This document shows positions 46,201 to 58,200 of a DNA stretch of 64,000 nucleotides, piece by piece. The translations under genes and the position numbers were made by a program. The first letter of the stretch is position 1; the number at the start of each line of letters is the position of its first letter. Below the pieces are notes generated by a model. The model saw only the letters and a program-made list of their open reading frames with translations. It searched no databases and was not told the DNA's origin. Origin of the DNA: Ranitomeya imitator (Eukaryota); assembly GCF_032444005.1 (NCBI RefSeq), contig NC_091291.1:141174001-141238000 (forward strand). Reading direction: 5' to 3'.

Positions 46201-49200
46201 GGTGGTGGTGCATGTGTGCAGGACGGAGTGGTGGTGGTGCATGTGTGCAGGACGGAGTGGTGGTGGTGGTGCATGTGTGCAGGACGGAGTGGTGGTGGTG
46301 GTGCATGTGTGCAGGACGGAGTGGTGGTGGTGCATGTGTGCAGGACGGAGTGGTGGTGGTGCATGTGTGCAGGACGGAGTGGTGGTGGTGCATGTGTGCA
46401 GGATGGAGTGGTGGTGCATGTGTGCAGGATGGAGTGGTGGTGGTGCATGTGTGCAGGATGGAGTGGTGATGGTGCATGTGTGCAGGACGGAGTGGTGGTG
46501 GTGGTGGTGCATGTGTGCAGGACGGAGTGGTGGTGGTGGTGGTGGTGCATGTGTGCAGGACGGAGTGGTGATGGTGCATGTGTGCAGGATGGAGTGGTGG
46601 TGGTGCATGTGTGCAGGACGGAGTGGTGGTGGTGGTGGTGTATGTGTGCAGGACGGAGTGGTGATGGTGCATGTGTGCAGGACGGAGTGGTGGTGCGGGT
46701 GAGCGAGCAGGACTCAAGGGTGAGAGGTGCAGGATGGAGTGGTGGTGGTGCATGTGTGCAGGATGGAGTGGTGGTGCATGTGTGCAGGATGGAGTGGTGG
46801 TGGTGGTGCATGTGTGCAGGACGGAGTGGTGATGGTGCATGTGTGCAGGATGGAGTGGTGGTGGTGCATGTGTGCAGGACGGAGTGGTGGTGGTGCATGT
46901 GTGCAGGACGTGGTGGTGGTGTATGTGTGCAGGACGGAGTGGTGATGGTGCATGTGTGCAGGACGGAGTGGTGGTGCGGGTGAGCGAGCAGGACTCAGGG
47001 GTGAGAGGTGCAGGACGGAGTGGTGGTGGTGCATGTGTGCAGGACGGAGTGGTGGTGGTGCATGTGTGCAGGACGGAGTGGTGGTGGTGCATGTGTGCAG
47101 GACGGAGTGGTGGTGGTGCATGTGTGCAGGACGGAGTGGTGGTGGTGCATGTGTGCAGGACGGAGTGGTGGTGGTGCATGTGTGCAGGACGGAGTGGTGG
47201 TGGTGCATGTGTGCAGGACGGAGTGGTGGTGGTGCATGTGTGCAGGACGGAGTGGTGGTGCGGGTGAGCGAGCAGGACTCAGGCGTGAGAGGTGCAGGAT
47301 GGAGTGGTGGTGGTGCATGTGTGCAGGACGGAGTGGTGGTGGTGGTGCATGTGTGCAGGACGGAGTGGTGGTGGTGGTGCATGTGTGCAGGACGGAGTGG
47401 TGGTGGTGGTGCATGTGTGCAGGACGGAGTGGTGGTGGTGCATGTGTGCAGGACGGAGTGGTGGTGGTGCATGTGTGCAGGACGGAGTGGTGGTGGTGCA
47501 TGTGTGCAGGACGGAGTGGTGGTGGTGCATGTGTGCAGGACGGAGTGGTGGTGGTGCATGTGTGCAGGACGGAGTGGTGGTGGTGCATGTGTGCAGGACG
47601 GAGTGGTGGTGGTGCATGTGTGCAGGACGGAGTGGTGGTGGTGCATGTGTGCAGGACGGAGTGGTGGTGCATGTGTGCAGGACGGAGTGGTGGTGGTGCA
47701 TGTGTGCAGGACGGAGTGGTGGTGCATGTGAGCGAGCAGGACTCAGGGGTGAGAGGTGCAGGATGGAGGGGTGTGTGAGCATGATCCCCTGCCCGACAGC
47801 GGGTGTCTGGAGGGTCAGCAGGGTCCACGTCACACAGCCGGCCCCTGTGAGCCGCGATCGCAGTGATCTGAGTGGTTAATCAGTGGTCACACACCGTCCC
47901 GCGCTCGAGGCTCCCGCCAGCTAATAGTCATGTGATACTCCGGCGCCGCTCCATCGATGCCGGATTACCAGACTCTTGTGTGTCCGCAGCCGCTACCTGA
48001 CGAAGGCGTTTCACATCTGGGCCAAGCGGGATAAATTTACCTCCACGTTAATCAACAACCTGATCTCTCACACGGAGACGGAGCGCGCGGCCTCCGCCTG
48101 GATGCTGCTCTCCAAGGTCGCCGGCTCCGCACCCAAACTGGACTACACTAAAATCCTGATGTCCTGGGAGCAGCTGAGGCGGTAAGTGGGGCGGTAAGTG
48201 GCGCGGTAGGTGGAGCGGTAAGTGGGGCGGTAAGTGCGGATCTCGCCTGCGGGGCTCGTGACGACGCAGAGTTCAGCTTTATTCTGCCTCTTCCAGGGAG
48301 ACGGACGCCGGCTCCAGCGCCACCACCGGGCACATCCTGTGCGTGATCGGACACATCGCCAAACATCTCCCCGCGGAGCGGAGGGCGCAGCTGATCGGTG
48401 AGCCGCAGGGGCCCGTTAGATCTGACCTTGCTGGCAGCGCTTCCTCTCCATTCCTAGGACCTCTGCTTGCTGTCATTGACTCCTCGCCTTCGGAGGCCGG
48501 AAACCATTGAGTCGTGAGTGCCTCTGAGGCGGAGACAGTGGTGTCCGGTGTTCCTCAGCACACGGAGATCTTGTGCTTGTGGTTACGGCTTATTCGTGAC
48601 TCTGTTAATTATAATGGGGGCGCCAGGCAGCAGGTACTGTAATGTCCTCCTCTTACAGATGAAGTAAAGTCCTGGCTGACGGAGTGCACCTTTCCCCCGG
48701 AGATCATCAGTCCGGCTGTGGAGACCCTGCAGAAGTTGTGCTACGCTCACCGGGAGGCGCCTGAAGCCGTGCAGGTAGCGCACCGACACCGCGGCCTCTG
48801 TATACTGCTGTACACGCCGTGCGCTCGCCGGCTCCACCTAGAGGCCGCTGGCAGTAACCGCTCTCCATTTTCTCGGGCTGCAGGAGCTGCTCAATGAGGT
48901 CTGCGGGGACCTGGTGTCCGTCTGCGAGGCGCACATTTCCTCCGTGGTGATGGCCGACACACAGAACGTTCCGTTTGATCAGCAATTAATGGTGAGAGAC
49001 GTAAGATTCTGCACCTTCCATCCTCGTCTAAAAAATATCAACCCTTTCCTGCTCAATGTCAGATATACTGTATACGTCGGGTGTGTGGATCGGCTCCGGT
49101 GCACGCTGTGTCATATGGGGGCGTTTAAGGCAGGCATTCCCGTCCGGCATCTGTACAAATGCCCACCGGCAACCCAGTCTGCACTGTGCTCTGTGAGCTG

Positions 49201-52200
49201 AGCCGCCTGCACTGATACATTGTAGCAAACTATTGGGGATCGAAGAGCGTTGTTTGGACCAGAAACAGTTGCATCCACTGCAGCCTACAGGATTGCAGTC
49301 TGAATGTTGTCTGCATTCACTGACATCAAGCAGAGACTGTGACTTGGAGTCCCTCATTTACTTCCATCCTGTCTATTAACAATGTTCTATTGACTTTATT
49401 TCCACACGTCCTTCCTCTTGTAGCCACAAGGGGGAGCTCTGGTGTAAATCATCTCCGCATAGAAAGTCCTCCCTCTGCTGGCTGTAGATGGAATTACGCC
49501 ATTGTAGACTTTTTGCTAATTTCTCATGTTTTCCTGTTATAATCTTCCCCTTCTTAGGTCCGACATCTCTTCATCCTGGGAGAAGCGGCTCAGCTTTGTC
49601 CGGCACGTGTCGAGAAAAAAGTCCTCCTCCTGGTTCAGTCCATCTTAGCCTCAGTGTCCCCGGAGCAGAGTGAGCGGTGTCTGTGTATGACATATCCTGC
49701 TGTGGGATAAGGTTCGGGGCTGCAGTAACGTCTACCTCTTACTCCATAGACTCAGGTGACACTGAGCAAGATGGCGCCCCGCTGTCCCAACCGCTGTCCC
49801 AACCGCTGTCCCAGTTCCGAGGGTCTTCTATGCCGCCCCTGATCCGAGCCCACGCCTTCATCACACTCGGTGAGAAAACTGCACATTTGTGTTATAGGTT
49901 ATCATTTATAGGGAAAACCTGCAGGTAATGAAATCACAGCTGGCAGAATAGTGAGTGCAGCTCTGCAGTATAGTACAGGATGTAACTCAGGATCAGTAAT
50001 GTAATGTATGTACACAGTGACTGCACCAGCAGAATAATGAGCGCAGCTCTGGGGTATAATACAGGATGTAACTCGGGATCAGTAATGTAATGTATGTACA
50101 CAGTGACTGCACCAGCAGAATAGTGAGTGCAGCTCTGGGGTATAATACAGTATGTAACTCAGGATCAGTAATGTAATGTATGTACACAGTGACTGCACCA
50201 GCAGAATAGTGAGTGCAGCTCTGGAGTATAATACAGGATGTAACTCAGGATCAGTAATGTATTGTATGTACACAGTGACTGCACCAGCAGAATAGTGAGT
50301 GCAGCTCTGGAGTATAATACAGGGGGTAACTCAGGATCAGTAATGTATGTACACAGTGACTGCACCAGCAGAATAGTGAGTGCAGCTCTGGGGTATAATA
50401 CAGGATGTAACTCTGGATCAGTAATGTATGTACACAGTGACTGCACCAGCAGAATAGTGAGTGCAGCTCTGGGGTATAATACAGGATGTAACTCAGGATC
50501 AGTAATGTAATGTATGTACACAGTGATTGCACCAGCAGAATAGTGAGTGCAGCTCTGGGGTATAATACAGGAGGTAACTCAGGATCAGTAATGTAATGTA
50601 TGTACACAGTGACTGCACCAGCAGAATAGTGAGTGCAGCTCTGGAGTATAATACAGGATGTAACTCAGGATCAGTAATGTAATGTATGTACACAGTGACT
50701 GCACCAGCAGAATAGTGAGTGCAGCTCTGGAGTATAATACAGGATGTAACTCAGGATCAGTTATGTAATGTATGTGCACAGTGACTGCACCAGCAGAATA
50801 GTGAGTGCAGCTCTGGGGTATAATACAGATGTAACTCAGGATCAGTAATGTAATGTATGTACACAGTGACTGCACCAGCAGAATAGCGAGTGCAGCTCTG
50901 GAGTATAATACAGGATGGAACTCAGGATCAGTAATGTATGTACACAGTGAATGCACCAGCAGAATAGTGAGTGCAGCTCTGGAGTATAATACAGGAGGTA
51001 ACTCAGGATCAGTAATGTAATGTATGTACACAGTGACTGCGCCAGCAGAATAGTGAGTACAGCTCTGGAGTATAATACAGGAGGTAACTCAGGATCGGTA
51101 ATGTAATGTATGTACACAGTGACTGCACCAGCAGAATAGTGAGTGCAGCTCTGGGGTATAATACAGGATGTAACTTAGGATCAGTAATGTAATGTATGTA
51201 CACAGTGACTGCACCAGCAGAATAGTGAGTGCAGCTCTGGGGTATAATACAGGATGTAATTCAGGATCAGTAATGTAATGTATGTACACAGTGACTGCGC
51301 CAGCAGAATAGTGAGTACAGCTCTGGAGTATAATACAGGAGGTAACTCAGGATCGGTAATGTAATGTATGTACACAGTGACTGCACCAGCAGAATAGCGA
51401 GTGCAGCTCTGAAGTATAATGCAGGATGTTGCGTATACGCAGTGGCTTTCTCTTGGCTTATTCTATATGTAGACTGTATAAATCCTCGTTCTGCACTTTC
51501 TCCCTCAGGGAAGTTGTGTCTGCAGCACGAGGATCTGGCTAAGAACTGTATTCCCGCTCTGGCTCGAGAGCTGGAAGTATCTAATGACTTGGCCATCCGC
51601 AACAACGTGATCATCGTCATCTGTGACCTGTGTGTTCGGTACACTACGATGGCGGACAGATACATCCCTAATGTGTCCGTGTGTCTCCGGGACAGAGACG
51701 CTTTCATCAGAAAACAGACCCTGATCATGCTGACCAACCTGCTGCAGGTGAGCGGCGCGGACCACCGGCACGGACCAGCGGCGCAGTATTTCCAGTGCCG
51801 CTGAGGTTATTTCTTTCTAGCCATTAGTAATAACAATATAACAAGCTATAGACCACCTGAACAATGCTTAGTGGTCCGCCAGCCCCCCAGGGACGGGGCG
51901 TCCTCACATCCGCTTGTTTCCTCATTGCAGGAGGAGTTTGTGAAGTGGAAAGGGTCGCTGTTCTTCCGCTTCGTCAGTGTCCTGGTGGACCCAGACCCCG
52001 ATATCGCCCAGTAAGTCTCTGTGGAGTCGGGGGGCCGGGCCTCGGCTCTGTGCGGGGACCTTACCCTCCGCTCCCACCTTTCAGGTTCGGGGAGTTTTGC
52101 TTGGTTCATCTTCTCCTGAAAAGAAACCCGGTGATGTTCTCGCAGCATTTCATCGAATGCATCTTCCACTTCACGTCCTACGACAAACACGACAAGTACA

Positions 52201-55200
52201 ACAAGTTTCCCCAGAGTGAGAGGTGAGCCCCCCAATGCCACCGCCGCATCGTTTCCCCCTGGACCCGCTGACGGCCGATCTGCATTTTAGGGAGAAGAGA
52301 CTTTTCTCCCTGAAAGGGAAAGAGAACAAGGAGAAGCGGATGAAGATCTACCTGTTCCTGCTGGAGCACTTCACCGACGAGCAGAGGTTCAACCTGACGC
52401 TGAAGATCAGCGAGAACGTGCTAGGTACATCTGCACCCGACCATAACCTACACCTCGCCTGTGGCTCTGCAGCTGGAACTACAAGGCCCAGCATGGCATG
52501 GAAGCAGCAGGCAGTCATATCGCGCTGGGACTTGTAGTTACGACGGAGAACCGCAGGCCGGACGTTGTCCTCCTAGACCTTTTTATGAGGGTTGATGGCG
52601 GTACGTTAGATCTTCTGCCTGGTGGGGTCCGTGCAGTGATCGCCGTCCTTCTCCCTCCGCCCGCAGCGATCTTCGTGGACGGGCTGTTACCGATCGACAT
52701 GGAAGCCAATGAGCTGCTGTCCGACATCTTTGAGATCATGAGCTGCAAGGAGATTAAGTTATCGGCAATGAGGTCAAAACCCGGGGAGGACATCGGCGGC
52801 GGGGATGATGATGAGATGGCCATGGCTGACGCCGTGATGCAGGTGGCACAGAAGAAGCTCATTTCCCAGGTGACGTGGTACCGCTGACGGCCGTGGTTTC
52901 TCTGCGCCGGGTCTGCTGCATCACTTGCTGTTTCGTCTCCCTGCACAGGTCCAGAAGAAGAACTTTGTAGAAAACATCATCCCCATCATCTCGTCTCTGA
53001 AGGGCATGTTGGAGCAGCAGCGGATCCCGGCCATGCGGGACCTCATGAACTACTTGCGGGTAGGTAGCGGTGCGAGGAACCCGCGAGGGTCGTTTGTACG
53101 GGCGTGATGACGTTCTGCTCCACCTGCAGGAGATGATGCAGGACTACCGCGATGAGATCAAGGACTTCTTCGCTGCGGATAAACAGCTGGCGGCGGAGCT
53201 GGAGTACGACATGAAGATGTATGAGGAGCAGCTGCAGAAGGAGCAGGAGAAAACTACTGCGGGTGTACCAGGGAGTCCACAGGTGAGGGGGACGGGCACT
53301 GCCGGTGTACCAGGAAGTCTGTGGGCGAGGGGGACGGGTGCTGCGGGTGTACCTGGGAATCCACAGGTGAGGGGGACGGGTGCTGCCGGTGTACCAGGAG
53401 GTCTGCGGGCGAGGGGGACGGGTGCTGTGGGTGTACCGGGGAGTCTGCGGGTGTACCTGGGAGGCCACAGGAAAGAGGGACGGGAGCTGCGGGTGTACCA
53501 GGGAGTCCACAGGTGAGGGGGACGGGCGCTGCCGGTGTACCAGGAGGTCTGCGGGCGAGGGGGACGGGTGCTGCCGGTGTACCAGGGAGTCTACAGGTGA
53601 GGGGGACGGGCGCTGCCGGTGTACCAGGAAGTCTGCGGGCGAGGGGGACGGGTGCTGCGGGTGTACCTGGGAGGCCATAGGCAAGGGGGACGGGCACTGC
53701 AGGTGTACCAGGAAGTCTGCGGGTGAGGGGGACGGCCGCTGTGGGTGTACCAGGAAGTCCACAGGTGAGGGGGACGGGCTCTGTGGGTGTACCGGGGAGG
53801 CCATGGGTGAGGGGGATGGGTGCTGTGGGTGTACCTGGGAGGCCATGGGCGAGGGGGATGGGTGCTGTGGGTGTACCTGGGAGGCCATGGGCAAGGGGGA
53901 TGGGTGCTGTGGGTGTACCTGGGAGGCCACATGCAAGGGGGACAGGAGCTGCGTGTGTACCTAGGAGGCCACGGGCACTGTGGGTGTACCATGGAGTCTG
54001 CAGGTGTAGGGGATGGGCGCTGCGGGTGTACCGGGGAGTCTGCAGGTGAGGGGGATGGGCGCTGAGGGTGTACCTGGGGGGGCTGGTGCTCTGCCACTGG
54101 ACCTGCTGGGTATAGAGGGGTAGATTATCCCTATAGGTTGTCCTATTGATGGACCCTCCGCTGTGACTAAAGAGGAGCTGCCGCACTTCTCCGATTCCTG
54201 AGACGTCCCGCTTGATGCTTTCGGCTTTTGCTACCAGTTGGGGTTCAGGGGCGCTTCTATTCACATTCACCCCTGGGCCTGTTGTCATCCTCCTGACCGC
54301 GGTGAAATTTTACAACCCTGACCACTGTCCCTTTATGAGGTTATAACTCTGGAGCTTCAGAGGATCCCGGTGATTCTGGGATTGACGTATTGTCCTTCAT
54401 GATAGCGGTAACATTTGTTCACTATGATTTGCATTTATTTATGGCAAAAAAAAAATGGAAATTTGACAAATTCTGAACATTTAGCAATTTTATTTCTTAT
54501 GTCCTTAAATCAGAGAGGGATGACACACAAAATAGTTAATGAATAACATTTCCCACATGTCTACTTTACATCAGCACAATTTTGGAAACCTAACCAAAAA
54601 AAAATTAGGATGTTTGAAGTCACTTTGAGGGGTGTACATGACAGAAAATACCTGAAAGTGACACCATTCTAAAACCTGCTCAACCCCCTCAAGGTGCTCA
54701 AAACCACATTCAAGAAGTTTATTAACCCTTCAGGTGCTTCACAGGAACTGAAGCAATGTGGAAGGAAAAAATGAACATTTAACTTCACCCATGATGGCAC
54801 CACCTGAGAGGGATCCGCCCTGCAAGGACAGGAAATCTACTGAAATAACAGGGCAGTACCTCTCCCCTCACCTCTGTTGGTTTCCTGTCCTTGATGGGAA
54901 CCTTGTGTTGGAATCAGCGGTTTTACAGATGAAAAACAATCCAGGAAGAGACTCCAGACTTTGCTGCAAGCCTTAGGTCTGTTATCAGGGCTGAGGTGGA
55001 AGGTTACCCTAAATCCCTTTGAATAAAAGAAAAGATCTAGGGCGGTCTCTATGGAGTCAGACGATTCTCCACTATCGGGGGGAGAATGTCGCAGTGAGTC
55101 CTCCTCCTCTGACAGTGACTTGGGGGGCAGACCAGGCTTTCCAGTGGAGGACACTGATGGACTAGTCGGACACATTAGGTCAACAATGTGCCTAAAAGAA

Positions 55201-58200
55201 GAGAAGTCATCTAGGTCCCTGGAGGACGTGATGTTCGGAGGGTTGGAGGAGAGGAGAAAGCGAACCTTTACGGTTAATGGTAAACTCCAGGTGCTCATTA
55301 ATAATGAGTGGGGAAAAAACGGGACTAGTGCCTTACCCTCATCCTCAGACAGGAGATATCCTGTGCGGAAAAGGACTCTGAGATCAAGTCCTGAGAATTG
55401 ATGGAGCAGTGGTAAAGTCATCAGAGATTGTCTCTGCCCTCTGAGGACTCCGGGGGGCTCAGGGATCCGCTAGGCAAGAAAGCGGATGGATGCCTAAAGC
55501 ACAGCTGGGAGGCAGCAGCAGGGGGTCTGAAGCCTGCAATGCCCGCTCCCTTATGATCTGGCTCCAACAAATGGAGGAGCAGCATAAGGGCAGGACCCCT
55601 CGAGGGAGAAAATCCTGGCCAACATGCCCCGGCTTCATGGAGAGGCAGCGTTCCTGGCGGACACTAACGCAGACTCCGTACGGCTAGGTCGGCAGGGCCA
55701 TCAAATGTTGCCAGACAAGCCTTCGGGCTACAGGGCTTTCCAGAGGATTTGCCATGTAAGACTAGGCACCATTTCATGCGACGGACAATGTCTATTCGGG
55801 AAGAATTAGACAACCTGGAAAAGGCCGGTGCCAATAAGAAGAGCTTTCCCGGATTCCCTAGAGATGCGAGAGCCTTCTTTTCGGAGGAACAGATTTAATA
55901 GGGGACGTCCTACGGGAGAAAGAAGCAAGTGGGAGTTTAAGGGCAGAAAGAAGGCCGGATTTTTGATCGGTGGCCCCTCTTCATCTTCCAGAAGCCCTCT
56001 CCATGATGCCAGGCTAGTGGTAGGAGGAACATCTCCCTCGTTATCCAGGCCTGGGAGAACTTCTCCCCCAGTCTCTGGGTTCTGAAGATAGGGAAAAAAA
56101 ATTCTACATGCCGCGTAAAACTTTCATAGTGACACCCCACAAGAGGTCATCGGAAGAACTAGCCCTGGAAGCAGAGATCATGGGTCCAATAAACAGGTTC
56201 TGTGCGAGGTCCCGGACCAGGAAAAGGGAAGCGGATTTTATTCCCACGTCTTTTTGATAAAAGAAAAACAACTGATAGTTCTGAAGGAACCATCATCAAT
56301 CTGAGGAACCTCAACCGGTAGATAAACAACCGCTCCTTCAAGATGGAGTCTGAACCTCGGCCATAAAGCGGTTACATCACAACTGTTTTATGGCGGTCAT
56401 TGACTTAGGGGGAACCTGTCTCCAGTAATAATGCTGTGTGCCCTCTACAACCCCCTACCCCAATGCTTTTGTACTTTTTCAATTGGCAGGCAATACGGGG
56501 ACCTTCTTCCCATCAAGACCCTAATGTTTGGCACTCGGGAAGGTGAGGGTCCCTGTACTTCTGAAACTGATGGTGCCCGTATCATCCCAGGTCAATGTTT
56601 TCCAGCAGTTTCTCCAAACAATGAAGAAGGAAAGATCACAAATCAGGTGCAGCGAGTGCTCCGAGAGGGGAATCCGAATAGACGCGATTTACCCTTGTGA
56701 AGCCTGGCCTTTGTATTAAGGACTGCTTCATGGAGTGCCGCACGTCCACAAATTAACATTTCTTTTTACCCTGCTGACACAAAACACTTTTATAATCTGA
56801 TGTCCTCCGCACATCTTACACAGAACACCATATTATAAATTTATACACTAGGAAAACCAACAGCATTATATTAATTACTATAACTATGCCTCTAGATAAG
56901 TTCCCTGAAGGGTCTAGTTTCTAAAATGGTGTCACTTGTGGGGGGAATTCACTGTTTAGACACATCAGGGGCTCTCCAAACGCAACATGGTGTCCGCAGA
57001 CCATACCATTAACCTGTGCTCCAACCAGTCTCTCCTTCCGTTCTGAGCCTTGCCGTGCACCCAAACAGTAGTTTTCTCCCACATATGGAATATCTGCCTA
57101 CTCAGGAGAAACTGCACAACAAGTTTTTGGGTCCATTTTCTCCTGTTACTCTTCTGAAAATAAAAACCAATGGAGCTAAAAAGAACAATTTTTGTGGAAA
57201 AGAAAAAACTGATTTTACTTTTCACGGATCAACATTATAAATTTCTGTGAAGCACTTGGGGATTCAAGGTGCTCACCACACATCTAGATAAGTTCCTTGT
57301 GGGGTGTAGTTTCCACTGTCGAGGCACCTCGGGGCCTCTCCAATCGCAACATGGCGGCCCAGGCGTGCACCCAAACAGTGCTTCCCCCCCTCCCCCACAT
57401 ATGGGATATCGGTGTACTCTGAAGAAATTGCACAACAAATGGGCTCCATTTTCTTCTGATACCCTTATGAAAATAAGAAAAATTTGGCCGAAGTAAAATT
57501 TTTGTTAAAGTGAAATGTTCATTTTTTTTAAAAAAATTTTTATTTCCACATTGCATCAGTTCCTGTGAGGCACCTAAAGGGTTAATAAAATTCTCAAATG
57601 TGGTTTTGAGCACCTTGAGAGGTGCAGTTTTTATAATGGTGTAACTTTTGGGTATTTTCTGTCATATAAGCCCCTCAGTGACCTCAAATGTGAGGTCCCA
57701 AAACAAAAAAATTGTAAATTTTATTGGAAAAATTAGACATTGGTGGTAAACTTTTAACCCTTCTAACTTCCTACAGAAAAAATAATTTAAAACAAATGTG
57801 CTGATGTAAAGTAGACATGTGGGAAATGTTATTAACTATTTTGTGCGATATGACTCTTTGGATTAAGGGCATAAAATGAAAAGTTTTACATTTTTCTAAA
57901 TTTTTGTCAATTACCGCATAAAGTGAAACTCATCAGAATTGAAAAAATGTCATGGTCACTAACGTGCAACCAGGCTTTGGGGTCAAGGGGTTAATATGCC
58001 TTTAGACCCCTTCCCTCCCCAGCAAATGCTTGTACAACCTAGGGAGTGTGCGCGGGGGTCCGCATGGAGTGTGGGAACAGGAGTAGAGCGCTGATGGTAT
58101 CATGGCGCCTGAGCACTGCCGCTCTTCCCGCTTTCCCCCTCCTGGGATTTTGCACCTGGCCGTCGGCCCCTTCAGTACAGGATGGGTTGCAGGACTTTGT

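Larger units (their letters stand above)
54266..57994 (+). mobile_element. Decayed piggyBac-family DNA transposon in NCAPD3 intron 29 (left end approximate)
   Basis: Right end ...GGTCAAGGGG|TTAA (57991-57994). About 350-400-bp subterminal inverted arms (54440-54785 vs 57500-57910), e.g. ATAACATTTCCCACATGTCTACTTTACATCAGCACA vs TGTGCTGATGTAAAGTAGACATGTGGGAAATGTTAT. Frameshifted transposase C-terminus at ~56470-56757. Confidence 0.75.

Noticed and set aside
826-54075. Numerous long ORFs (300-995 aa) in the ORF track, e.g. 8639-10690, 11525-13690, 23218-24476, 26779-29141, 43911-46898
   Set aside because: They lie within stop-poor tandem arrays, are open in several frames and on both strands, and sit inside introns of bona fide genes; they are translations of the repeats, not proteins.
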